Below, in pieces: positions 9,899 through 18,634 of a DNA stretch of 64,000 bases. The notes under the pieces are model-generated. The model saw only the letters and a program-made list of their open reading frames with translations, did no database searches and was not told the DNA's origin. A program made the position numbers and the translations under genes. Positions within the stretch are counted from its first letter, which is position 1. Every line of letters begins with the position of its first letter. The stretch comes from a bacterium (GTDB lineage: Bacteria > Zhuqueibacterota > Zhuqueibacteria > Zhuqueibacterales > Geothermadaptataceae), in the NCBI GenBank assembly GCA_024275575.1, contig JAJRYV010000132.1, positions 17 to 64,016 on the forward strand, given 5' to 3'.

Positions 9899-11224
9899 TC
9901 AGTTTTTATCTATTTCCTGTTCCTGCACATAAATTTCATGAATTATATCATTCAACAAGGTGATGAAAATACGAAAGCTTTCGTCTGCTATGAGTTTCTC
10001 TTTTATCAGTTCGCGAAATGCTTTATCACGCAGCCGCTTGAGATCGAGAATGGCGTTGATACATTCCTTCCGGGAATCGTAATAGGGGATTTGGCGCTCA
10101 AGACGCAAAACTTTCTCATAATATTTATCGATGCGGTTCTTGCCTTTGCGCCGCCGCCAGGTCACGACAGTCGAAACGAACCCGATCAAGGCAACGAGCA
10201 TTGAAAACGATAATGCAATCGTCTCTGCCCAGCGCTCGATAAATGTCGGTTTATTGCGCTCAAGGTATTGTTTTGCTCCGGGATGTAACGGGAAGCGCAA
10301 ATTGGAAGCGAGAAAATTCTCGGAAAACTGGCTGATGAGCTCGTTATCGTGGCTGCTAGCCATATGTTGTTTGTGTTCGATAATCGTTTTAATAATGTCG
10401 TAAACCACATCATTTTCAATCTCTTTATGGGACAACAATACCGCGTCCACAGCTGCTGTGAGAATCGGCTGATCCGGTTTTTTCGCATAAGTGTGGCGCG
10501 GCACAATATAAGGTCGTGCGAGTGGATAATTGAGGCAGAAACCATCGATTGCAGAACCCGCTTGCGCCAGGACGGGATCGCCAGGGCTGAAAATTTTGCC
10601 CCCGCTATTCAGTAAATTTTTGATGCGATCATTGTTAAATCCCGTTAAAAGACAAACGACGTCGACGGTGTCGGAAAAAACATTCTCTTCAAAACTGCGG
10701 TAAAGCGGTGTATATGCCTGACGATCGATGCCGAATTCCTGAAAAAACGCACCGGCAAACTTTGAGATGCCGCTGGTCTCCGGCCCCAGCCCGATATTGC
10801 GCCCGGTGATCAGCGCTGACAAAGATTTTGGTTGTAGCTCTTTTTTATAGATGATAAAAAAAACCTGAGGGTAAAGCGGCAAAATGCTGCGAATACCATT
10901 TTCAATTTCGGTTCCGGTGCTATCGATTCGCTTCGGTAGCGTCACATCATTTTGTGTAATGATGAAATCGACCTTGCGTCCATAGAGCAAAGCAAGATTT
11001 TCAACAGCATTGAGTTGTCTGATGCCGGGATATTGTGAGATGGTTGCCAAATGAATGTTATTTTCACGCTCAACAGCTTGTGAAATCACTTCGCCGATAT
11101 CAAAATAGGAGGTGGATGCAGGTCCGGTAGCGAAACGAAAATGCCGATCGCTGCGTGAACAGGCGCCGATTAGCAGCAGCACGAGGACGCACACCATCGA
11201 TTTTAAAACTTGCTTTTTTCCCAA
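9899..11224 (-). CDS. TAXI/PhnD-like periplasmic solute-binding lipoprotein with an extra C-terminal TM helix and cytoplasmic tail
   Basis: 441-aa ORF with a lipoprotein-type signal (LLLIGAC). The N-terminal block FRFATGPASTSYFDIGEVISQAV...VDFIITQND resembles TAXI-family TRAP receptors. A TM segment (IALSFSMLVALIGFVSTVV) followed by RRRKGK lies near the C-terminus. Confidence 0.5.
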   Translation of the reverse strand: MGKKQVLKSMVCVLVLLLIGACSRSDRHFRFATGPASTSYFDIGEVISQAVERENNIHLATISQYPGIRQLNAVENLALLYGRKVDFIITQNDVTLPKRIDSTGTEIENGIRSILPLYPQVFFIIYKKELQPKSLSALITGRNIGLGPETSGISKFAGAFFQEFGIDRQAYTPLYRSFEENVFSDTVDVVCLLTGFNNDRIKNLLNSGGKIFSPGDPVLAQAGSAIDGFCLNYPLARPYIVPRHTYAKKPDQPILTAAVDAVLLSHKEIENDVVYDIIKTIIEHKQHMASSHDNELISQFSENFLASNLRFPLHPGAKQYLERNKPTFIERWAETIALSFSMLVALIGFVSTVVTWRRRKGKNRIDKYYEKVLRLERQIPYYDSRKECINAILDLKRLRDKAFRELIKEKLIADESFRIFITLLNDIIHEIYVQEQEIDKN

Positions 11225-11298
11225 AATCCACCCATTTAATAATTTTAGAGCTGAAAAAATCTATTGAAAACGAAAAAATTATCCTTTTTGCGGTTTTT

Positions 11299-12072
11299 TT
11301 ATTCAAATACGCCAAAATAAACCGGCCGGAAGTGCGCCTGTACTTTTTCCCAGGCAATACAGGCGATTTCTTTGCGATCATCACTCTGGATTGTCTCCTC
11401 TCCGAAATGAATGGTCGCATGCACCCCGGAGAGTTTTAATAAATTGATCAAATGCGGGACAAAAGACATTTCGCCCCAATAGCAGACAGCCTGGTGTGCC
11501 GGCGGGTCTTTTTTTCCGGTTTTATAATGCATCGTGGAATACGAAATGGGGAACTGATTTCGCGCAGCATATTCCAGCAATGAGGGTTTGAAGCGCAAAA
11601 CTTCTTTACCACCGGTGCTGGTGCCTTCGGGGAAAATGATCAAACCTCTGTTTTCCCGCATCACACGATCGATCTGCTGATTAACGCGGGGAATATCGGC
11701 TTTACGGGTACGATCGATAAAAAGCGTATTGATGGAGCGGGCGATAATACCAAATACAGGCCAGCGGGCAATATCATGACGAGAAACGAAAACGCCGTGC
11801 AGGACGGTAAAATAGGTGAGGATATCCATATATCCCAAATGATTGGAAACCAAAAAAAAGGGGGGCTCCGGCACTTTACCATGGATAGAAACACGCACAT
11901 TCATGATCGTCAGCAAAGCTCTGCACCAGTTTTGCACGATAAAATTTCGCCAGCCAAGTTTGAGCTTTTTATTAAACGACAGCAAAAACAAGCCGAGCAA
12001 TAGCGCGAGAAAAAACAGGGGGAAAACGATCAGTAAAAGCACTGCCCGAAGCGACAGGCGCAGCCATTCCAT
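11299..12072 (-). CDS. plsC: 1-acyl-sn-glycerol-3-phosphate acyltransferase family protein
   Basis: 257-aa ORF with an N-terminal TM helix. The acyltransferase motifs are the HX4D block (VSNHLGYMD) and IFPEGTST. Confidence 0.8.
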   Translation of the reverse strand: MEWLRLSLRAVLLLIVFPLFFLALLLGLFLLSFNKKLKLGWRNFIVQNWCRALLTIMNVRVSIHGKVPEPPFFLVSNHLGYMDILTYFTVLHGVFVSRHDIARWPVFGIIARSINTLFIDRTRKADIPRVNQQIDRVMRENRGLIIFPEGTSTGGKEVLRFKPSLLEYAARNQFPISYSTMHYKTGKKDPPAHQAVCYWGEMSFVPHLINLLKLSGVHATIHFGEETIQSDDRKEIACIAWEKVQAHFRPVYFGVFE

Positions 12073-12323
12073 ATGCCCATTCCATGAATAAATACGACAT
12101 TCCCAATGTTCATATTATACAAAAATAGCACAAGATCAGCAAATTAAAATATTTCTGTAACAGGATTGTCAACGCAGTGTGCAAATTCTGTAGTTGTTAA
12201 AACTACAAATTTCCGGCAAAATCTTTTTTTTTCTTAAAATTTATGCTTAAAATAACCAGAACCGATTATCGTATTTTTTTAGCCAGCATGATTTACTGAT
12301 AAAAACCATGGTTGAGGGTGTTA

Positions 12324-13331
12324 ATGTCTAAATATTTTCCCATTTTTTCAATTTTAATCGTTTTCGGAATCTCGCAGTTTGCCTGTTCAAAAACCGCACG
12401 CAAACCTGAACCAACCGGAAAGCTGACCATTTGCGAACGCTGCAGTGAACCCATCGCGGGAAAATACATTGTTGCCTTAAATCACAATTGGCATCAGGAA
12501 CATTTCCGTTGCGCTTCATGCGGTAAAAACCTGGTAGGAAAAGGTTATTTTGAAAAAAACAATAAAGCCTATTGTCGGGATTGTTATCACGAAAAATTCA
12601 GTTCTAAATGTGCCATTTGCAAGCAACCGCTATCGGATAAGTACACCCGTGATGCCTGGGGTTATAACTTTCACTCCCGCCACCTCAACGAACTACAGCC
12701 CTGTTTCAGTTGTGCCCGCCTGATCAGCAAAAATATCACCAATGGCGGCAAGAAATATCCTGACGGCCGCAATATGTGCAACATCTGTACAAAGACGGCT
12801 GTGAGTTCACCGGCCAAAGCACAAAAATACTTTTCCCGCCTCAAACGGTTTATGACCAGGCGTGGCTTAAAGTTACCAGCTGGCGAATTCCCGCTCTTTC
12901 TGGTTGATATGTCGGTGTTGCGCAACAGCAATCCCGGTAAAATGGATGTCGCCGGGCGCACGGAGAAAGCCTCATATGAGATAAACGGTGTGGAGAAATC
13001 GCGGCGCATCGAAAAAATGCAAATTCTCGAGGGCCTGCCGGTGGAACATTTTATCGCTATCGCAGCACACGAATTCGGGCATTCCTGGTTATTTCTCAAT
13101 CGTTATCCACATCTCGAATTACAGGTTGAAGAAGGCCTGTGCGAGCTTTTTGAATACTTATGGCTGAAAACACAAAATACCGAAATTGCCCGGTTCAGGA
13201 TCAAAAAAATGAAAATAGGGAAAGACCACATCTATGGCACCGGGTTTCGCAAAGCCCTCACAGCCTACAATAAATACGGTCTCAGCCGGTTGCTGATCGA
13301 AGTTAAACGACAGAAAAGATTTCCCCGATAG
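12324..13331 (+). CDS. LIM-domain / DA1-like zinc metallopeptidase protein
   Basis: Start moved to ATG 12324 (MSKYFPIFSILIVFGISQFAC, one hydrophobic N-terminal segment). A canonical LIM signature CxxC-x16-HxxH-xx-CxxC-x17-CxxC begins at codon 12432. A second LIM-like Cys/His block follows. The C-terminus reads GLPVEHFIAIAAHEFGHSWLFLNRYPHLELQVEEGLCELFEYLWL, which closely parallels the plant DA1 peptidase motif (HEMMHAW...VEEGICQV). HEFGH lies at 13068-13082. Confidence 0.8.
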   Translation: MSKYFPIFSILIVFGISQFACSKTARKPEPTGKLTICERCSEPIAGKYIVALNHNWHQEHFRCASCGKNLVGKGYFEKNNKAYCRDCYHEKFSSKCAICKQPLSDKYTRDAWGYNFHSRHLNELQPCFSCARLISKNITNGGKKYPDGRNMCNICTKTAVSSPAKAQKYFSRLKRFMTRRGLKLPAGEFPLFLVDMSVLRNSNPGKMDVAGRTEKASYEINGVEKSRRIEKMQILEGLPVEHFIAIAAHEFGHSWLFLNRYPHLELQVEEGLCELFEYLWLKTQNTEIARFRIKKMKIGKDHIYGTGFRKALTAYNKYGLSRLLIEVKRQKRFPR

Positions 13332-13480
13332 TTTACCACAAAACACTCGCTTGCGATATTTCTCATCTCCTCCTGAAAAAACCTTATCAATATTTTTTTA
13401 ATGTTGCACAGTCAAAAATATTTAATTATACTAAGGCCAAACAAACATCATAAGTATCATTAATAGCTCAAGGAGTGGAA

Positions 13481-13951
13481 ATGAAAAAATATCTGTTATC
13501 TGCTTTGCTGGTTTTCTTTATCTGCGGAGTGACAGGCCAGGCCGCTGAAGGAGAAAAACTCGGCAAAAAACTCACCCTGACCGATACCACTAAAATCTCG
13601 ACAATCCTTTCCAACCCGGAAAAATTCGTCGGTAAAAAAGTGCTGGTCAGCGGCCTTGTCCTCGATGTCTGCTCTATGCGCGGCTGCTGGATCAACCTCG
13701 CCGGCGACAAAGAATTTCAGAAAATCCGTGTAAAAGTGAAAGACGGCGAAATCGTTTTCCCCATGACGGCAAAAGGTAAAAATGCCCTGGTTGAAGGCGA
13801 ATTGCAAAAATTCGAGCTCACCAAAGAGCAAGTCATCAAAATGAAAAAACATCAGGCTGAGGAAAAAGGTGAGAAATTCGACGCTTCAACTATTAAAAGC
13901 GGCGAAACACATTACCAAATCAAAGGTCTGGGAGCGGTCATCAGCAAATGA
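13481..13951 (+). CDS. DUF4920-like exported protein
   Basis: AGGAG RBS at 13471-13475 precedes ATG 13481. A signal peptide is present. The motif SMRGCWINLAGD is typical of DUF4920 by eye. Confidence 0.55.
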   Translation: MKKYLLSALLVFFICGVTGQAAEGEKLGKKLTLTDTTKISTILSNPEKFVGKKVLVSGLVLDVCSMRGCWINLAGDKEFQKIRVKVKDGEIVFPMTAKGKNALVEGELQKFELTKEQVIKMKKHQAEEKGEKFDASTIKSGETHYQIKGLGAVISK

Positions 13952-14502
13952 GCTGGCGTAAATGGAACCGTATTATTCATCGTGATCTCGGATATATCGC
14001 ATTTGGTCTGACATTGGTTTACGCCATTTCCGGGCTGGCAGTCAATCATGTGCGCGATTGGAACGCCAACTATATCATTGAAAAAACCTCCCTGAATGTC
14101 GGAGCGGTCGCGGAAATTTCCACCGCTGTCACCACAGCGCAAATCGAAAAAGTTTTGCAGGCTGTCGGAGCGAAAGGCTCTGTGCAGAAAACTTTTCCGC
14201 TATCGCCGGAACAATTGCAAATATTTCTCACAAAGAGTTCATTGCTGCTCAACGTAAAAACCGGCGAAGTGCTTTTCGAAAAAATCAGTCCTCGGCGTGG
14301 TTTTATCGAAATGAATGCTTTGCATCTGAACGAATTGCGCGGCAGTTGGACGCTTATCGCTGATCTTTTTGCCGTCGTACTTATCGTGTTGGCGGTTTCC
14401 GGAATTATTATGATCAAAGGCAAGAAAGGTCTTTCCGGCCGGGGGAAATGGCTCACGATGGCAGGGGTGGTTTTACCTGTAGTCTATATTTTGATGCTTT
14501 AA
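13948..14502 (+). CDS. PepSY-associated TM helix family membrane protein
   Basis: ATGA overlap with the upstream gene. The N-terminus WRKWNRIIHRDLGYIAFGLTLVYAISGLAVNH and the C-terminal TM helices are typical of PepSY_TM-type proteins. Confidence 0.55.
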   Translation: MSWRKWNRIIHRDLGYIAFGLTLVYAISGLAVNHVRDWNANYIIEKTSLNVGAVAEISTAVTTAQIEKVLQAVGAKGSVQKTFPLSPEQLQIFLTKSSLLLNVKTGEVLFEKISPRRGFIEMNALHLNELRGSWTLIADLFAVVLIVLAVSGIIMIKGKKGLSGRGKWLTMAGVVLPVVYILML

Positions 14503-14534
14503 AACTGGCCGCACTTCCGCCGCATAATCTCAAA

Positions 14535-14572
14535 AGCCCCAAAAACTATTTGCTTTTCGGGGCTTTTTTTTT
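14535..14572. terminator. Putative bidirectional hairpin between convergent genes
   Basis: AGCCCC (14535-14540) pairs with GGGGCT (14559-14564), followed by a T9 run on the + strand. It overlaps the last codons of the minus-strand kinase gene. The loop is long (18 nt), so the call is weak. Confidence 0.35.
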
Positions 14573-15202
14573 CTCCGCCTGTTTTCCGATTTCACCGATT
14601 ATACCATCGAGCCAGGCTTTGTTTTCATACATTTTAACCTCATCGGTGTCGATGATCAGGGTCTCGCAATGCTGTGAAAATTCTCGCACCCATTTATCAT
14701 ACAAGTTGTTGAGTTGCATCAGGTATTCCGTGTTGATGTCCTGTTCAAATTTGCGGCCGCGCTTGCGGATACGGCTGATCAGCGTCCAGGTCGAGGCGCG
14801 CAGGTAAATGAGCAGGTCGGGTCTGGGCAAAAAAGAAGAAATTCTTTTGTAAAGATCGTGATAGACCCGGTGATCGGTAGGGCTCATCATCTCGCGTTCA
14901 TATAAATTCCGGGCAAAAATTTCAGCATCTTCGAATATCGATCGATCCTGCACACAGGGTGTTGTGAGGCGGCTGATTTTTTCCAGGTCTTTTAAACGCT
15001 CTTTCAGAAAAAAAACCTGTGACTGGAAAGCCCAGCGCGGCATATCATTATAAAAGTTTTTAAGATAGGGATTTTCAGCGAAGTTTTCATAAAAGGGATA
15101 CCACTGCAACTCTGAACATAAATAGCGGGTAAACGTCGTTTTACCAACGCCGATATTACCAGCGATGACGGTAAAAAATCTTGATGATTGCTGTTTATTC
15201 AT
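14546..15202 (-). CDS. Deoxynucleoside kinase
   Basis: P-loop IAGNIGVGKTT, then FYENFAENPYL, the DRS motif (VQDRSIFED) and the RIRKRGRKFEQ lid, which are typical of the dNK/dCK-dGK family. The start is placed at the internal Met (MNKQQSS). Confidence 0.85.
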   Translation of the reverse strand: MNKQQSSRFFTVIAGNIGVGKTTFTRYLCSELQWYPFYENFAENPYLKNFYNDMPRWAFQSQVFFLKERLKDLEKISRLTTPCVQDRSIFEDAEIFARNLYEREMMSPTDHRVYHDLYKRISSFLPRPDLLIYLRASTWTLISRIRKRGRKFEQDINTEYLMQLNNLYDKWVREFSQHCETLIIDTDEVKMYENKAWLDGIIGEIGKQAEKKKAPKSK

Positions 15203-15374
15203 AATGCATTTTATGAGAAAAAAAGGCAACCCGCAAGTTTTATTATCGAATAAGGAAAAACATGCAAACGTTTCAACATCTCAGCTTGTCAAATAAGGCA
15301 GAAATTTTCATGTGTGGCAGATTCGGCTGCACCAACCACCACTCAATATTAAATTTTGCATCGAGGAGAGCAAA

Positions 15375-18005
15375 GTGAAATCCCAGTTTTTCAGTATTTT
15401 TTTTCTCTGGTTTTTTTGTACCGGTTTCCTTCTCGCCAGCAGCGACCAACCGGTAAAACGCATTTATAACACGGCGCGCATCAATCCACATGCGCCGGTT
15501 ATCGACGGTGACATTTACGATGAATCGTGGCAGAAGGTGGAATGGAGCAGCGATTTCATTCAACGCTCGCCTGATGATGGCGCCAAACCTTCCTTTGAAT
15601 CGGCTTTCAAAGTGCTCTATGACCACAAAAATTTATACGTCGCGATCCGTGCTTTTGACCCTGAACCGGATAAAATCGAAACCCGCATCACCCGTCGCGA
15701 TGAACTCGATGGCGATTGGGTGCAAATCGCCCTCGACACTTATTTCGATCAACGTACAGCTTTTTCTTTTGCCGTGAATGCTGCAGGCGTCAGAGGAGAT
15801 GAGGCCATCACCAAAGACGGTGAAAACGACGATGCCAACTGGGACCCGGTCTGGTATGTCAAAACGAAAATCGACGCCAAAGGCTGGACTGCCGAAATGC
15901 GTATTCCTTTCAGTCAATTGCGGTTCGGCGAAAAAGAGCAACAAATCTGGGGGATACAGGTTCAACGGAAAATTTTCAGAAAAGATGAGCGCTCGTCGTG
16001 GCAGCACATTCCACGAACAGCAGCCGGGTTCGTCAGCCTCTTCGGTGAGCTGCATGGAATTCGCGCCATCAAAGCGTCCCGGCGCATCGAATTGCTGCCC
16101 TACACTGTTGGGCAAATCGATCAGTCAGCAAAAGTCGCCGGCAATCCGTTTGCAACCGGCCGCGAAAGTAAATTCAATGGCGGCCTTAACGGCAAAATGG
16201 GTGTGACCAGCGATCTCACCCTGGATTTCACCGTCAACCCGGATTTCGGTCAGGTTGAGGCTGATCCTTCGGAACTCAACCTCACTGCTTTTGAAACATT
16301 TTTTGCAGAAAAACGCCCCTTTTTCATCGAAGGACGCGACATTTTACGTTTTAAATTAACCGGCGGAGACGGTGGTTTTTCCAGCGATCAGCTTTTTTAT
16401 ACACGCCGTATCGGCCGTTCACCACAATACTATTATCAGGCACAGCCAGGTGAATTTGTCGAACGGCCGCAAAACTCATCCATTCTTGCAGCAGCCAAAC
16501 TTACAGGCAAAACCAAAAGCGGGGTTTCCGTCGGTTTATTTAATGCGCTGACACAGGAAGAAAATGCACAGATCGACCGTAACGGCACACGCAGCAAAGT
16601 ACCGGTTGAGCCGCAGACCAATTATTTTGTCGGTCGGCTGCAAAAAGATTTTGATCAGGGCAATACCATCATCGGCGGCATGGTTACCGCTACCAATCGT
16701 GACCTCTCGGCAGCACATTTGAAAATACTGCCACGCGCGGCCTACACCGGCGGTTTCGATTTGATGCATCAGTGGCGAAACAAAACTTACTATGTCAACT
16801 TTAAAACCGCTTTCAGCAGTGTACGCGGCGAGCGCCGGGCTATTCTCAATTTGCAGCGCAATTCGCGGCATTATTTCCAACGCCCGGATGCTGATTACAT
16901 CGAAATCGATTCATCTGCCACAGCGCTCAACGGTTTCTCCGCAACCCTGGATTTCGGCAAAAGCGGCAACAGCAACTGGATGTACGCCCTGGGCGCCACC
17001 CTGCGCAGCCCCGGCCTCGATTTGAATGATCTCGGATTTCTGCGCAGCGGCGATACCTCCATGCAATTCGTTTGGGTTGGTTACCGGATAAATAATCCAG
17101 TCTTTGTTTTTCGTAATTTCGGTATCAATTTCAACCAGTGGACAAGCTGGAATTTTGGCGGCGACCGGCTTTCCTCCGGTGCTAATATCAACGGCTGGGG
17201 GCAATTTGATAATTACTGGCGTTTTAATTACGGTTTTGCCCGCAACGGTGTCCGGCTTTCGGCAAGCGCCTTGCGCGGTGGGCCCTCTTTCCGTACAGAA
17301 GGTACATGGCGCACATGGACCCATCTGATAACTGATACGCGCCAAAAATTACGCCTCGGAGGCGGGTTCAGCGGCAGCCGTTCCGATGATGGTTTTAGCA
17401 GGAGATGGAGCGCGCACCTCGATTTTATCTTTCGCCCCAGCAATTCTTTGTCTTTTTCGATCAAACCCTTTTTCAGTGTTAACTACGATGATTTTCAATA
17501 CCGCGGCACTGAAAAAACCGATAACCGGTTTCACTATCTCCTCGCCAGACTGAAGCAAAAAACAGCCTTTTACATCATGCGTATCGATTACAGTATCACA
17601 CCGGATTTATCGATCCAGTATTATGGGCAGCCGTTTATTTCATCGGGCAAATACTCAAAATATAAAGTTGTACGGCAGGCGCGCGCAACCCGCCTGCAAA
17701 ATCGTTATACAGAGCTGTACGGCATCGATGACGCAAATGCCAATGAAGTCGCTCTGGACCTCGATGGTGATTTCCTCGTTGATGCTATTTATAGACGTGG
17801 CTTCAATTTCCGTGAGTTTAATTCGAATCTCGTTCTGCGCTGGCAATATCATCCCGGTTCGACACTGTTTCTCGTCTGGTCACAATCGCGCTTCGGTTCG
17901 GATTCGCACGGCAATTTTTCCTATAGCGACGATTTTTCAGAATTATTTTCGACCGACTCGGAAAATATTTTTCTCGTCAAATACAACCGCTGGTTTTCGC
18001 TTTAG
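15375..18005 (+). CDS. CBM9-like / DUF5916-type outer-membrane-associated protein
   Basis: GTG 15375 is preceded by GAGGAG (15364-15369), and a signal peptide follows. The N-terminus IDGDIYDESWQKVEWSSDFIQRSPDDGAKPSFESAFKVLYDHKNLYVAIRAFD is a carbohydrate-binding-family-9-like block. The long beta-rich C-terminus ends in an aromatic residue pattern (YNRWFSL). Confidence 0.65.
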   Translation: MKSQFFSIFFLWFFCTGFLLASSDQPVKRIYNTARINPHAPVIDGDIYDESWQKVEWSSDFIQRSPDDGAKPSFESAFKVLYDHKNLYVAIRAFDPEPDKIETRITRRDELDGDWVQIALDTYFDQRTAFSFAVNAAGVRGDEAITKDGENDDANWDPVWYVKTKIDAKGWTAEMRIPFSQLRFGEKEQQIWGIQVQRKIFRKDERSSWQHIPRTAAGFVSLFGELHGIRAIKASRRIELLPYTVGQIDQSAKVAGNPFATGRESKFNGGLNGKMGVTSDLTLDFTVNPDFGQVEADPSELNLTAFETFFAEKRPFFIEGRDILRFKLTGGDGGFSSDQLFYTRRIGRSPQYYYQAQPGEFVERPQNSSILAAAKLTGKTKSGVSVGLFNALTQEENAQIDRNGTRSKVPVEPQTNYFVGRLQKDFDQGNTIIGGMVTATNRDLSAAHLKILPRAAYTGGFDLMHQWRNKTYYVNFKTAFSSVRGERRAILNLQRNSRHYFQRPDADYIEIDSSATALNGFSATLDFGKSGNSNWMYALGATLRSPGLDLNDLGFLRSGDTSMQFVWVGYRINNPVFVFRNFGINFNQWTSWNFGGDRLSSGANINGWGQFDNYWRFNYGFARNGVRLSASALRGGPSFRTEGTWRTWTHLITDTRQKLRLGGGFSGSRSDDGFSRRWSAHLDFIFRPSNSLSFSIKPFFSVNYDDFQYRGTEKTDNRFHYLLARLKQKTAFYIMRIDYSITPDLSIQYYGQPFISSGKYSKYKVVRQARATRLQNRYTELYGIDDANANEVALDLDGDFLVDAIYRRGFNFREFNSNLVLRWQYHPGSTLFLVWSQSRFGSDSHGNFSYSDDFSELFSTDSENIFLVKYNRWFSL

Positions 18006-18192
18006 TGGAGGTTCCCCCGTATTTTTGGGCTTTTCCTGGTCAAAGCATTTATTTATATCTCGGTCAACTATATTCACCTGGCAGGATTTTCTTCCTGCCT
18101 GTCAATCGTAGAACCCCGCCACAATTCCGCTGGGGATTTCCTGATGGAGCAGCGCGTAAGCTTAAATCCCCGACGAGTTTATCCTCTCTTTT

Positions 18193-18225
18193 AAACCTTT
18201 CAGGTTTTTGAAACCTGAAAGGTTT
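18193..18225. repeat. Perfect 15-bp inverted repeat with a 3-nt spacer
   Basis: AAACCTTTCAGGTTT (18193-18207), TTG, then AAACCTGAAAGGTTT (18211-18225). The arms are exact reverse complements, and each arm is itself AAACC-N5-GGTTT. Confidence 0.9.
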
Positions 18226-18634
18226 CGCCCTGCAATTACTTTTAGATTAAACCCGCAGTGGTGCGGGTGGATTGCTGGCTGTTCTTTGCGTATCTCAACG
18301 TTTTCGTGTCTTTACATAATAAAGATGACGAAGCCTCCCTGCTTTTTTTATCTGGTTTTAAAAGCGATCGCTTGAATTTGGACTATACAAAATTTACTTT
18401 GCCGCACGCTGGATGAGAACATTTATATTTTGTTAACTGCTGCATATCTTGCGAATAAAACAGCCGGGGCCGTTGTTTGCTGATACCGATGTCAGTTCAT
18501 TGCCGAAAAATAAAAAAAACAATGACCAGGTCGATGAACAGGAAAGAAGCATCGTATTCAAATGATCTATTCAGCGTGAAAAACCACCCTGGAGCATCCT
18601 GCTTGTACCGGATCATAAATAACATGAGGAAAAA

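Noticed and set aside
13103-13111. A perfect DnaA box TTATCCACA inside the LIM/DA1 coding sequence.
   Set aside because: It is a single isolated box within a CDS (codons for RYPHL). That is consistent with the roughly 0.5 chance occurrences expected per window, and it is not part of a cluster.
18161-18175. A 14-nt string TTAAATCCCCGACG is shared between 18161-18175 and ~268-283, which raised the possibility of a dispersed repeat.
   Set aside because: Several exact 14-mer coincidences are expected by chance in 64 kb (roughly N^2/2 divided by 4^14). The flanking sequence does not extend the match.
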